Below, in pieces: positions 47,158-57,741 of a DNA stretch of 58,385 nucleotides. Position 1 is the stretch's first letter. Each line of letters starts with the position of its first letter. The stretch covers positions 1-58,385 of the forward strand of contig JAFXVB010000023.1 in NCBI GenBank assembly GCA_017534945.1, written 5' to 3'. The translations under genes and the position numbers were made by a program. A model generated the notes under the pieces. That model searched no databases, was not told the DNA's origin, and was given only the letters and a program-made list of their open reading frames with translations. Source of the stretch: Alphaproteobacteria bacterium. GTDB lineage: Bacteria; Pseudomonadota; Alphaproteobacteria; Rs-D84.

Positions 47158-48041
47158 TTTTATCATATGATCCACGCACAGAGCCTTATTATGGTTTTTT
47201 TATTAAAAATGGTTACTCATATATCGGACATGGGTATATGCATGTTGTATTTGAGAAAAACGGAATAATTTACAAAGTATTACGCTCGGCATTTGGTACG
47301 GATAAAGATGTAAACAGATTTAAATTTGAAGCAGATATGCTAGAAACAGTGTCCAGGTACGGTGTTCCTGCGGCATCCGTTGTGCATATATATGCACCAG
47401 ACGAATTAATTCCAAATTATTGTGTCTTGGCAGAGAAAAAAATATTGGGTAAAATATATTCGTCCGAAGAATTAAATATAAAAAGAGTGTGCGAGATACA
47501 ATCTGTTTTAAATAAAGTACACAATATATCTCTAGATTTTTTTGGACCAATTTCTACACCGGTTTTACAAGTAAATACTTGGCGCGAATATATGAATTAT
47601 TTAATTAAAAAAGCGCATAAAATCAACAATATATTAAAAATTGATATAAACATACAAAAAGTAGAACAGTATTTTATAACACAATATAATTACAATGATA
47701 AAGCAAAATTTTTAATTCTGGACCCTAATGAAAAAAATTACATATTTGACTCTGATGACAATTTGAACGGTGTCATAGATATTGATCATCCTATTGCTTT
47801 TGATCCTTTATACGAGTTTGCGGGTTTTTTATATTCCAGACCCAAAACATTTTCTTTAATGCATAGGGCTAAAATTATAGATACAAAAGATATGCCTGTA
47901 ATCAAAAATTACGCAATAATTTATACTTTATACGATTTGTGGTTTCGATATGAAAAAAACAAATGTGTTATAAATAAAAGATTGGATTATTATATAAAAA
48001 AGGCTACAATGTTCTTGAAAAACTCAAAGGAAATATTATGA
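47148..48041 (+). CDS. aminoglycoside/choline-type phosphotransferase
   Basis: LDPNEKNYIF, GVIDID, FDPLYEFA. Confidence 0.75.
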   Translation: MSIVLSYDPRTEPYYGFFIKNGYSYIGHGYMHVVFEKNGIIYKVLRSAFGTDKDVNRFKFEADMLETVSRYGVPAASVVHIYAPDELIPNYCVLAEKKILGKIYSSEELNIKRVCEIQSVLNKVHNISLDFFGPISTPVLQVNTWREYMNYLIKKAHKINNILKIDINIQKVEQYFITQYNYNDKAKFLILDPNEKNYIFDSDDNLNGVIDIDHPIAFDPLYEFAGFLYSRPKTFSLMHRAKIIDTKDMPVIKNYAIIYTLYDLWFRYEKNKCVINKRLDYYIKKATMFLKNSKEIL

Positions 48042-48763
48042 AACTTATATTATGTGGCGGGGGCTGGGCAGAAAAAACTGTGATTCCAAATAAATTATTT
48101 GAAACCCTAATTGATACAAGTAAACCTATTTTGTATATCCCGTTGGCCAGAAATGCAGGTGAAGATAATTATGACAGTTGTAAAACATGGCTAGAGGGCG
48201 AATTTCAAAACATAAGACATGGTGAAATCGTTATGTTGCGTTCGGTATCAGAAATAGCAGATAAAAACGTGAATGATTTTACTGGGGTGTTTATTGGTGG
48301 GGGAAATACATATAAATTATTGAAAGAATTAAAAGAAGGCCCCGCATTTGATTGGTTACAAGAATATATACAAACAAACGGCGTCATTTATGGTTGCAGT
48401 GCCGGATCAATTATTTTTGGACACGATATAGATGCTTGTTTATATATGGATGAAAACAATGTTGCACTAACAGATGTGAAAGGGTTTAATTCAATTTTCG
48501 GTTTTTCTTTTACAGCACATTATACCAACAAAAACGAAGAAAAAACAAAAAAAGCAACAGATTATTTGATTGAATATTCTAAAAAAACACTCGTTTTGGC
48601 TTTGCCAGAAGAAGATAGTTTGTATATAAACGGTGATTTAGTTAAAGTCATTGGTTCAAGACCATATTACGTTTTCAATAAAGGTATTAGATTAGAATTT
48701 CAACCAAACACAGAATATACCCAGGATGAGTTTATAAAACAAATAAGCAATGTCCAGATTTAA
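48038..48763 (+). CDS. peptidase family S51 (dipeptidase E-like)
   Basis: ILYIPLA, FIGGGNT, YGCSAGS, TAHY. Confidence 0.88.
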   Translation: MKLILCGGGWAEKTVIPNKLFETLIDTSKPILYIPLARNAGEDNYDSCKTWLEGEFQNIRHGEIVMLRSVSEIADKNVNDFTGVFIGGGNTYKLLKELKEGPAFDWLQEYIQTNGVIYGCSAGSIIFGHDIDACLYMDENNVALTDVKGFNSIFGFSFTAHYTNKNEEKTKKATDYLIEYSKKTLVLALPEEDSLYINGDLVKVIGSRPYYVFNKGIRLEFQPNTEYTQDEFIKQISNVQI

Positions 48764-50306
48764 TGTAAATATTTCCAAATTTGAACAAAGTTCTCTATCT
48801 GATAGTCAGACAAGGGAACTTTTTACATATATAGAAAAAAAATTACCAGATTTGATACGTATTTGCGGGCGCGCTATTAAGTATGTATTACGAAATAATT
48901 TGGATTACAGATTGATAACTGTTGGTAATGATTATGTGATAGTAATAAGAAAAACAACAAAATCAAGCAGTTCAATTTGTATAGGTTATCCTTTTCCAAT
49001 AATGGTGAAAAAAATATATCAGGGTTTATTTGATGGTTTTTGCGTTAATTATTACATAAGGGGGGACAAGTTAAGAAATGCACAACGCATGCATTTGCTT
49101 CAAAAACTCAAAGAAAATAACAAAAATTTTTCTATTAAATTTTGTCATTCTAAATTTGGTTTAAGATTCGCCTTGCAAAGATATATCAAAACCTTAAAAC
49201 CGTATACGTTATATTATCTAGATTTATATAGATTTATAGGAGATTCTTTTTTAAGTACATATATGTTAGATGCTTTTGCAAAAGAATTAAATATAAAACA
49301 AAGTATCGTGTTGTCCCAACATGCGCAAAAACTTTCTGGTTTTTATAAAACAATGGATTTAAATGATTGGGATAAAGTATCAGATAACGGTATATATATT
49401 TTTTCTGATTTATTGGATATAGATGATGCATGGGTTCATGAATTTGCTGTAAAACAAGCTAAAAATGGGGTTTATATATTAAATAGTAGAAATAGTTTTT
49501 TTGTAAAAAATGAGGATACAGTTCAATATTTTGCAATAAAAAATAAACCAGACATATTGCTTACACGTGGTAATATATTTGCATATATGAACAGAAGTAT
49601 TTCATCGTTCATAAAAACGAAACTGCATATATATAAAAAAACTATCAAAATTGAAAACATAAAAAGGATTTATATAAATCCTTTCTCGTCATCAATACAA
49701 AAAAGTTTCTCAGAACAAGAAATGTTTTATCTTGTAAAACAATTAAAAACAGATTTTCCATATGTCGACATTTTTATACCATTTGGTTATGATGTTAGCA
49801 CAAAAATATACAGTATAAAAATTTCAAAAAAGTTAAATTTAAAAAGACTAAAAGACAAAGGGTTTTATGACTTAATCAATAAACTACGTTCAAACCATAT
49901 TGATTTAATAATAACTCCAGATACCGCACTGACGCATATTGCAACAAAATGTAATATAAAAAATATTGTTGTTTTTAAATCTGGTTTTTGGGATCCCCTA
50001 TCTTTGCAATCGCTTGCCGCAGAATCGCCGCTGTCGTTTATTAGTCCAAATCCATATCAATTGCCAATAGTGTTATCATCGGCAAATAATAAAGATTTTC
50101 ATAAAGTTTCAGATGTCATATGCCTAATTCAAAAGGTTAATAGTCAAAAAATTGATAAAATATATAATTTTTGTTCTTTTAAGTTTTCGTTATTTGACAA
50201 TATCATATTGTTCAAATTAAGAAAGATATTAGGGCTAACATACAAATTAAAATATTATAAAAAAAGGAAAACAAATGGTATGTGTGATTCAAAAATGGGT
50301 GTTTAA
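48750..50306 (+). CDS. glycosyltransferase family 9-like protein with an N-terminal extension
   Basis: FIGDSFL, YINPFSS, LIITPDTALTHIA. Confidence 0.7.
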   Translation: MSRFNVNISKFEQSSLSDSQTRELFTYIEKKLPDLIRICGRAIKYVLRNNLDYRLITVGNDYVIVIRKTTKSSSSICIGYPFPIMVKKIYQGLFDGFCVNYYIRGDKLRNAQRMHLLQKLKENNKNFSIKFCHSKFGLRFALQRYIKTLKPYTLYYLDLYRFIGDSFLSTYMLDAFAKELNIKQSIVLSQHAQKLSGFYKTMDLNDWDKVSDNGIYIFSDLLDIDDAWVHEFAVKQAKNGVYILNSRNSFFVKNEDTVQYFAIKNKPDILLTRGNIFAYMNRSISSFIKTKLHIYKKTIKIENIKRIYINPFSSSIQKSFSEQEMFYLVKQLKTDFPYVDIFIPFGYDVSTKIYSIKISKKLNLKRLKDKGFYDLINKLRSNHIDLIITPDTALTHIATKCNIKNIVVFKSGFWDPLSLQSLAAESPLSFISPNPYQLPIVLSSANNKDFHKVSDVICLIQKVNSQKIDKIYNFCSFKFSLFDNIILFKLRKILGLTYKLKYYKKRKTNGMCDSKMGV

Positions 50307-50730
50307 TGATAATATAAGCATGAAACAACAAAGTATGCTCTTATCCGGATTACGTGGGTGTGACGGTATATATAACGATGATATATCAAAAACAATAATC
50401 AGGAAAATTCGGTGCACCGTATTAAATAATGCTGCCGACAATAATACAAATTTTATGCGAGGGGACATATCTCTAGATGTATTAGCTAATTTTGCCAAAA
50501 GTCGTAATAAATATCCTGTACATTTTTATATGCATGTTTGTTATTGTTGTGAAATCATTGGTTTTAAACATCCTGATGAAAATATCAGAAAATGGTTTTA
50601 TAAGGCTTATTGTTTATTAGTCAAAGCTCTTTACCTTAACCCAGAAACAGAACAAGAATGCGATGAAAGACTTCAAGACGGTAAAACAATATCTTTTGAT
50701 GATTATGCAAAAAACATAATCACATATTAG
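50275..50730 (+). CDS. hypothetical protein
   Basis: 151-aa ORF; LLSGLRGCDG, PVHFYMH. Confidence 0.7.
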   Translation: MVCVIQKWVFNDNISMKQQSMLLSGLRGCDGIYNDDISKTIIRKIRCTVLNNAADNNTNFMRGDISLDVLANFAKSRNKYPVHFYMHVCYCCEIIGFKHPDENIRKWFYKAYCLLVKALYLNPETEQECDERLQDGKTISFDDYAKNIITY

Positions 50731-51361
50731 AATTTTGGTTATAAAGTTCAGGGTTAAGGTTCTTGTCGTTATACATCTTTAGTTGTTTGTAAACAATCGG
50801 TCTTTTGGTACCATTAATGTATTCTGTAATCAAATTTTTAAACGCAGAAACCAAATCCTTTTGTTGTTGATTCAGTTTATTTAATCTATCAACAATCATT
50901 TTATAATCGTTGTCTTTGGATTTGGCTAATGTTCTTCGTTTTTTCTCTGCGTTCATATGGTATATTTTTAAAGATAATATTGACAACCTATCAATTATAC
51001 TACCAATAGATTCCGTATTAAATGGTATAGACGAATCATTAACAATAAAATCTTTTAATAATAATATAAAGTTGTCATCAATTTGTTCGTAAAATTCTGT
51101 TCGTTGTTTATTAAGAAAATCAATTTCTCGCTTACAATCAGCAATGTGCTTATCAGAAATATCTAGATTTCGTGTTACATCTTCAATGTGCCATAATTTA
51201 AAATTCATAAAATGATTATTGATAACATTTTGGATAACTAAATCAGCATTATCAACTAAAAAATCAATGTTTTTATGCCATTTTCGTGTTAATGTGGCTT
51301 GGGTGTAAACAATTTTATCCACAAGAATACACAATTTTTCTTTCAAATCAGCCGAACCCAT
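50720..51361 (-). CDS. DUF4254 family protein
   Basis: LWHIED, ESIGSIIDRLSILSLKIYHM, YKQLKMYND. Confidence 0.85.
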   Translation of the reverse strand: MGSADLKEKLCILVDKIVYTQATLTRKWHKNIDFLVDNADLVIQNVINNHFMNFKLWHIEDVTRNLDISDKHIADCKREIDFLNKQRTEFYEQIDDNFILLLKDFIVNDSSIPFNTESIGSIIDRLSILSLKIYHMNAEKKRRTLAKSKDNDYKMIVDRLNKLNQQQKDLVSAFKNLITEYINGTKRPIVYKQLKMYNDKNLNPELYNQNSNM

Positions 51362-51546
51362 TTATACACCTCTGATGCATGTTTATACAGATGATATAGA
51401 AAGTCAATGTTTTTATTATTCTTAAGGAATTATCGCATAATAATTTATTATTCATAAGGGTAAAAATTGATCAAAATAATTTAGTCGCTTTTTCTCTTCA
51501 GGGGACTGCGCATTCATTTTTAAAAGAATATAAACACTCAACAATT

Positions 51547-51837
51547 TTGCGTGAAGAGTTTATGGAACCGTTGGGGTTGTCCATGAATGCTCTGGCACGT
51601 GCGATTGATGGCCCGGCAAACTATATTCATGGTATCGTGCATGGAATACGTGGTATTTCTGCTACGATAGATTTGCGCCTTACTCGTTACTTTGGTTTAT
51701 CCCAAGGATACTTTCTGCGTATTCAAATGCATTACGATATGGTGTTGGCCTCTCGTAATATAAGCGATAAAGAACTGGCAAAAATTATACCGCTTAATCG
51801 TCCGGCAAATGAAAGTTTAAATGTTGCTGTGATATAG
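51547..51837 (+). CDS. higA: HigA-family antitoxin, orphan, N-terminus uncertain
   Basis: LREEFMEPLGLSMNALARAI...DLRLTRYFG. Confidence 0.85.
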   Translation: MREEFMEPLGLSMNALARAIDGPANYIHGIVHGIRGISATIDLRLTRYFGLSQGYFLRIQMHYDMVLASRNISDKELAKIIPLNRPANESLNVAVI

Positions 51838-51865
51838 CGTTGGTTCGTTTTTTGAATGACACGCC

Positions 51866-51895
51866 CTATGAGGCGTGTTTTTTTATTGTATATGT
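51866..51895 (+). terminator. terminator
   Basis: ACACGCC-ctatga-GGCGTGT plus T tract. Confidence 0.75.
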
Positions 51896-52785
51896 TGTGT
51901 AATGTGCTTTGTGTAGCTAATATGTAGATTTTTGTTTTTATGTTGGTATTCCACCATAAATAGAGAAAATTTTTAGCAGACATACGGACCGCAGTTGCCT
52001 GTTTCCTGCGGATTTTAAGAGTTTTTTTATTGTGATATACGGACTGGTCCGTATATTTAGGGGTGTTTTTTGTAAAAATGGCCATTTTTATGCTTTTATA
52101 AATGATCAACATTTTATCAAATTTTCCCGGAAATCCGCAGTTTTTGTATGTATAATTTATCTGACAAAGCGACATACGGATTAACAGCGACCCCTTAATG
52201 AATATTTATTTTTATGCACTTGAGTGTAAACCTAACGGCCTGTGTGCCACAGATGCTGCGGTGTTGCAGAGTTGTGCTTTTGCAAAAAATTAACAAAAAA
52301 TACACCCAAAAGTGTGCTAAAGTTGTACCAAAATATATCTGGGGTGTAGCTGTTTTTTTAGAGCGCAAAAAGGCCTTACAAAGCCCGATTGAACTAGATT
52401 TAAATGTATCTTGTGTATAGAAAATTTCTTTTTGTGTTTGCCTGACGTTTTAACAGTAATTTTATTGCAAAAATAGTATTTTTTCTACGCCAAAATGCAT
52501 AAAAATAACCGAAGATAATTTGTATAAAATGTCATATAACAATAGTATGTAAAGTAGCATATGTGTTGTTTTTTATTCGTAAACATATTGCAGGTTTCAT
52601 GTTTGTCTTGTTATTGGCATAATAAAAATAATTATTAGTGATACTTGAAAAATCGTTTTGATGTATTACCTTTACAGAGAAGAAGTAAGAATACGAACCT
52701 TTCTGAAAGGTTCGTTTTTTTATTGACTTTTTATAAATTTAATGTCAAAATCAACAAAACTTCGTTAAAAATGGAGTGAAATATC

Positions 52786-53976
52786 ATGTTTTTAAACTTT
52801 AAAATCAAAAATTATCGTTCAATAGGTCAAGAAATTGTGGTGGATTTCGCTATATCTGATAGCCAGAAAATAAGTGCTTATTCAGAAGTGAATGGCAAGG
52901 CCATAAATAACATAGCTTGTATTGTTGGTCCTAATGCTAGTGGTAAAAGCAACATTCTCAAGGGAATAGTATTGTTCTTGCGTTACATGTGTAGGTCGTA
53001 TTCAATTCCCAGTTTTAGAGATGCGAGCCTTTTTGATACACATTTTTGTTGTAAGGGTCAACCAATAGAGTTTTCAACTGAATTTATAGACGATGACACA
53101 CAATATAAATACGAGATATCAATTCTTAATAATGTTGTTCTGAAGGAAACATTTTCTGTATTAAATGAAGACACAAAACGGTATAACATAGTTTTTAAAA
53201 GAGAAGCTTATAAGCCTATTCAGACAACGATTGATATAAATGAACAAGATTTAGAAAGACTACAAAACGATATGTCTTTGTTATCTTTGATGCTCGAATT
53301 GAATTATTTTAATAAAAACGAATTGAAAATATTAAAAAGCTTTTTAACAAACGTTAGTCCAGAGTTTTATGTTGGTTATCCAAATCCTCTGGTGAGATTA
53401 AATGCATTAACAAGAAGACTCGAACAGGATGGTTTGTTGTTGGAAGAACTAATAGAAGAATTGAAAAACATATATACTGGGATAACGGGGTTGTCTTTGG
53501 ACAAACTAAAAAATGCTAATGCTAATGCGCTTGGTGAAAAGGAGTATTCGACTATAATAGCTCATCACAAGATAGCTAATTCAAATCATCCTTTGCTCAT
53601 TTTGGAGGAGTCTAGCGGCACATTACATTATATAGAGCTGTTTATACATTTATACGAAATTTTCAAAAATGGTGGATTATTGATATCTGATGAATTGGAG
53701 CAAAGTTTACACCCCGATATCACCAATAGAATCATAAGCAGGTTTTTGGATAAAAATAAAAATCCGAATAATGCGCAGATTTTATTTACAACACATAATC
53801 CATGGTTTTTACAAGATTTAACAAAAACACAAATCTTTATAGCAGAAAAGAATACTAAAGGTGAGACGGAATTAACAAGATTGGATGATATACAAGGCGT
53901 TAGAAACGATGAAAACTATTTCATAAAGTATTTGGCGGGAGAATATGATGGTCGCCCAAAGATAAAGGATGTGTAG
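52786..53976 (+). CDS. AAA_21/AbiEii-like ATPase
   Basis: IVGPNASGKSN, ESSGT, LISDELEQSLHP, QILFTTHNP. Confidence 0.9.
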   Translation: MFLNFKIKNYRSIGQEIVVDFAISDSQKISAYSEVNGKAINNIACIVGPNASGKSNILKGIVLFLRYMCRSYSIPSFRDASLFDTHFCCKGQPIEFSTEFIDDDTQYKYEISILNNVVLKETFSVLNEDTKRYNIVFKREAYKPIQTTIDINEQDLERLQNDMSLLSLMLELNYFNKNELKILKSFLTNVSPEFYVGYPNPLVRLNALTRRLEQDGLLLEELIEELKNIYTGITGLSLDKLKNANANALGEKEYSTIIAHHKIANSNHPLLILEESSGTLHYIELFIHLYEIFKNGGLLISDELEQSLHPDITNRIISRFLDKNKNPNNAQILFTTHNPWFLQDLTKTQIFIAEKNTKGETELTRLDDIQGVRNDENYFIKYLAGEYDGRPKIKDV

Positions 53977-54721
53977 GGTTATGAATAGGAAAAAGCGTAA
54001 TTCTATAGTCGTCGTACATGAGGGATATCGGGAGGGCTATTTTGTGGAATACATATCACAATTTAGCCCTTTGAGGGTAAATTTGCAACCCTGTTATGGC
54101 GAAAGTGCTACACATGTACTCAATATGGCTTTCAAGCGTTCTGATTTGGGACTCAGAGTGGTGGCTTTTTTTGATGAAGATTTTGAAGGTATAGAACAAC
54201 GTAAAATAGAATCTGAAACTTTTAAAATTTTATCAGCACGTTGGGGGACAGAAAATGAAATTTTGTCTAGTACTTCGTACAAAGAATTGCAGGGTCTTAA
54301 TAGTAAGAACAAAAACCCTGTATTGGCTGTATCAAACCCGCAATCAATAGAGGGGCTTATATTAACTATTCTTGATGTGCCAGAATCGGAACTTGAGGGT
54401 AAATCTACAAATGTATTAAAAGGTAAATTAGATGTATTGCTTAACAAAGTTGTTCTTAAGCAGGAAGACGCGGAACTTATCGCTTTATATGATGAAAAAA
54501 TTGCAAAACATAACGCGGAGATACAAAAATTATTAGAAGAGGAGCCTAAAAATAATACATTGTTAAAATATCATAATGGAAAAAAACAAGAATTTGGACG
54601 TAAGAAAAATGAAGTAATTTTTAAGCGTTTTTTAGCCAACAATATCAGTTTAGAGATTTTACAGAATAAGCGTGTCACAATAAAATCACTAGATATTTTA
54701 TTAAGCGAATTAGGAATATAA
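53969..54721 (+). CDS. RloB-like TOPRIM protein
   Basis: IVVVHEG.REGYF, AFFDED, VSNP. Confidence 0.7.
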   Translation: MCRVMNRKKRNSIVVVHEGYREGYFVEYISQFSPLRVNLQPCYGESATHVLNMAFKRSDLGLRVVAFFDEDFEGIEQRKIESETFKILSARWGTENEILSSTSYKELQGLNSKNKNPVLAVSNPQSIEGLILTILDVPESELEGKSTNVLKGKLDVLLNKVVLKQEDAELIALYDEKIAKHNAEIQKLLEEEPKNNTLLKYHNGKKQEFGRKKNEVIFKRFLANNISLEILQNKRVTIKSLDILLSELGI

Positions 54722-54727
54722 AAATTA

Positions 54728-55009
54728 TTATTTATGTCTAGCTTTATGACATTTATCACAAATAGAAACAAGCCAGCCAATCGGTTCGCGACCGATGTTT
54801 TTTGCGTATTTTAGATGGTGAACTTGGGTTGCGCGTGAACCACAATAAACGCAGCGCCAATGGTCTCGTTTTAATACAAGATAACGTTTTCGTTGCCAGG
54901 CTTCGGATTGTAAATAGTCGTTTCTATAATAATCTCTGCGCAATTTACGTTTGAAACGGTTAATAAATACACATACAGCAACAAAGATAACAGCAGTTAA
55001 AAATTCCAT
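54728..55009 (-). CDS. HNH endonuclease with an N-terminal hydrophobic segment
   Basis: CVYCG..ATQVHH...LVSICDKCH. Confidence 0.85.
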   Translation of the reverse strand: MEFLTAVIFVAVCVFINRFKRKLRRDYYRNDYLQSEAWQRKRYLVLKRDHWRCVYCGSRATQVHHLKYAKNIGREPIGWLVSICDKCHKARHK

Positions 55010-55033
55010 TGCAATTTATAACCTATCCAAGTA

Positions 55034-56008
55034 TTATGCCGGCAGGTACACTTTTCTAAGAGGTAATAAAAGTTTACCTTCTGCTCTAAAGTTATCATAG
55101 TGCAGGGTAACTAACTCTGCTAACATATTTAAATCTATCAATGTTAGAGGTATTTCAGAACGATCTGCTTCATATTTAGCTTCTTTTGTAAAACCGCCTG
55201 TGCTGATATACAGACATTTATCTCCTTTTCTACGTCCGCCCATAAAACTTCGTATTTTTTGTGTACCCATTTGGCCCTCTCTATGCTTGACCTCCACAAA
55301 AATACGGGGTTCTTCCAATCCGAGGCCGTCCTTAGAAGCAAAGACATCTGTGCCTCTGTCAGAACCTTTTTGAGTTCGTCTAGCAATATACCCCATTGCA
55401 TTTAATATTTCTTTCGCCAATTCTTCCATATCATCAGGTGCTAAAGAAAGAATTTTATCTTTTAATAATTCAACAGAGTTTTCTAAAAGATTACCTGTTT
55501 GTTGTTCTGTTTCTTGTTCTTTTTCATCTTCTGTTTTTTCTTGAATCTTTTTACCTTCAAGTATATTTCTGAATTCTGATTCTATTTCTTTTGTTACACT
55601 AAACAAGGTTTGAGATGCCCCCAAATAATTTTTAGCAGTTATAGACAGAAGATCTCTAGAAACAGTCTTTTTATTCCATTTTACTTTCCGGATATTAGGT
55701 CTTTCCTCTTTTTTAATAAAAGAATAATCGCTTGTGATTTCTGCTATATGATACACGCGTAATGAAGAATCATACGTTATAACGAGATCTCCAATTTTCA
55801 TTTTGTTAGCAAAATTATCGAGCATACTTGCCCAGACGGGGATAGATTTGTATTTGTTTGGGTATTCTTTTGATAAAGCTTGTTTTATATTTTCTCGACT
55901 TTTACCATGTAGATCACCTATCAACCCCCAACCAAGAGCAACAATATTTTTCCCTATAAATTCCGGTAATAAATCGCCGCCTAAAGATCGCAGCATCCAC
56001 ATAGACAT
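55034..56008 (-). CDS. Mrr-family (type IV-like) restriction endonuclease
   Basis: MWMLR, DRGTDVFA, VEVKHR, ISTGGFT..A..EA. Confidence 0.88.
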   Translation of the reverse strand: MSMWMLRSLGGDLLPEFIGKNIVALGWGLIGDLHGKSRENIKQALSKEYPNKYKSIPVWASMLDNFANKMKIGDLVITYDSSLRVYHIAEITSDYSFIKKEERPNIRKVKWNKKTVSRDLLSITAKNYLGASQTLFSVTKEIESEFRNILEGKKIQEKTEDEKEQETEQQTGNLLENSVELLKDKILSLAPDDMEELAKEILNAMGYIARRTQKGSDRGTDVFASKDGLGLEEPRIFVEVKHREGQMGTQKIRSFMGGRRKGDKCLYISTGGFTKEAKYEADRSEIPLTLIDLNMLAELVTLHYDNFRAEGKLLLPLRKVYLPA

Positions 56009-56171
56009 AGTTTACTCCTATAGTATCTGTTAATCACTTATGATTATACACCCAAACCCACCTTTTTGCAATATGGAGTAATACGGTTCAAATTTTATAA
56101 TGTAAAAATATTTGTTCTCTTGACTTTACATCTTATTTTCGGGTACGTTCGCTTAAACGGGAAATAATGAT

Positions 56172-57056
56172 ATGGTGGACACAAAGAGACAACATTATGT
56201 GCCAAGGTTTTTGTTGAAACACTTTTGTGCGGATGGTCATACAATAAATGTTACAGACATCATTGAAAATAGAACATATCCTGCAAACATTATGAATGTG
56301 GCACAAGAAAAATATTTTTATGAGTTAGATACAGATAAGGGCAAGGTCTCATTAGAGAAACAATATGCTGGGTTAGAAGACAAAGTTGCTCCAATTATTG
56401 ATAAAATTGTAAAAACAGAATCTATAGGATGGTTTAAGGATGAGCATTTTCAAATTTTAGAAGATTTCATTTTGTGTCAGTTTTATAGAACCAGAAAATA
56501 TGTAAATCATGTGAAAAGTTTTCTGCAATCAAATAACATACCTTTATTAGATTTGGTAGATCAAGAAGGAAACATAAAGAAAACTTTAAATTGTGAGGAT
56601 ATTGGTATAGATGATAATGTTGCCAGGGTTATGAGTTATAATTTTTTGTATCATGTTGAACACGATGACGTTATCCGTGATGCTATAGCATCGATGGAAT
56701 GGACATTGTTCAAAGCAACTGGTACGCAGAATTTTATCACGTCTGATAACCCGACAGTATTAAACAATCATTTGGCATTTATGGAAGATAACGGTAAAAC
56801 AAGCGGTTTTGAATTGCCTCATTCGCAAATATTTTTGCCAATTTCATCAAAGTTAATATTAACATTGACGGCCGAAACTATGGCGGAAGAGGCCAGGACA
56901 AACTTATTAAAAGTTATGATGAAAGGAATTCCAGTGGTAATTAGTGATGCGTTTAAATGTTCTGTTACTGGTGAGGCAGCACGATGTCCAGACGGACTTG
57001 TCAAACTGTTTAACGAATCGCAAAAACGCAATGCAGAACGGTTCCTTTTTGACTAA
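56172..57056 (+). CDS. DUF4238 domain protein
   Basis: QHYVPRFLLKHF, FITSDNP, FLPIS. Confidence 0.88.
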   Translation: MVDTKRQHYVPRFLLKHFCADGHTINVTDIIENRTYPANIMNVAQEKYFYELDTDKGKVSLEKQYAGLEDKVAPIIDKIVKTESIGWFKDEHFQILEDFILCQFYRTRKYVNHVKSFLQSNNIPLLDLVDQEGNIKKTLNCEDIGIDDNVARVMSYNFLYHVEHDDVIRDAIASMEWTLFKATGTQNFITSDNPTVLNNHLAFMEDNGKTSGFELPHSQIFLPISSKLILTLTAETMAEEARTNLLKVMMKGIPVVISDAFKCSVTGEAARCPDGLVKLFNESQKRNAERFLFD

Positions 57057-57435
57057 TTTTAATGTTTTTCTAACAATTCGCTTAATAAATATAACAAAAA
57101 AGGGGATAAAAACACATAAAATACCTTGTTTTTACGCTCTGAATATCGCAGAAAACAGGCGTTTTAAAAATGCAAGCAAAAAAGCGGCTTTTTTGCTCAA
57201 AAAGGTTAATGAAAAACATGATAAAATACTGTATATTGTGGTTGTGGATGAATTGAGACACAAAATGTTGATAAAACATCCTGGGGATATTGCTCTAACA
57301 ACATCCCCAAAAACGGTTACCCAAATATAATAAGGGGCACCTAACTCACTCCTTATTATAGCAAAATTTTATGCTATTGGCAAATATTTTGTTTTTTTGG
57401 GTGCATGGTAACTTGACTAAAATAAGGAGTTTAAT

Positions 57436-57696
57436 ATGTCAAGATGTTTAAGAACATGGGACTTGGAAGTCCATCACAAAAATGTTAACGGTGGTAACGG
57501 ACTGGATAATGCGAAAGTATTATGCCATAAATGTCACGTTAATACCAGTTCTTATGGTGATACAGGACACAATAGCCCAGAACCCTTTTCTCAAGAAACA
57601 AAAGATAAGGCGCTAAGACGTGCAAATTATCAATGTGAATGCACAAAAGGTGATTGCTGTTGGTCGCAAGACCGGTTTATTATTTGTTCTACTTGA
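57436..57696 (+). CDS. small HNH-like protein, apparently circularly permuted
   Basis: LEVHH...DNAKVLCHKCH precedes FSQETKDKALRRANYQCEC. Confidence 0.7.
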   Translation: MSRCLRTWDLEVHHKNVNGGNGLDNAKVLCHKCHVNTSSYGDTGHNSPEPFSQETKDKALRRANYQCECTKGDCCWSQDRFIICST

Positions 57697-57741
57697 CATT
57701 AACCCTTGTTTTGGGCTAAGTTTTTCCTAAGGAAAGGAATT

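Noticed and set aside
51732-52420. ORFs 51732-52175 and 52214-52420
   Set aside because: The first overlaps higA antisense and a terminator; neither has an SD or protein-like composition.
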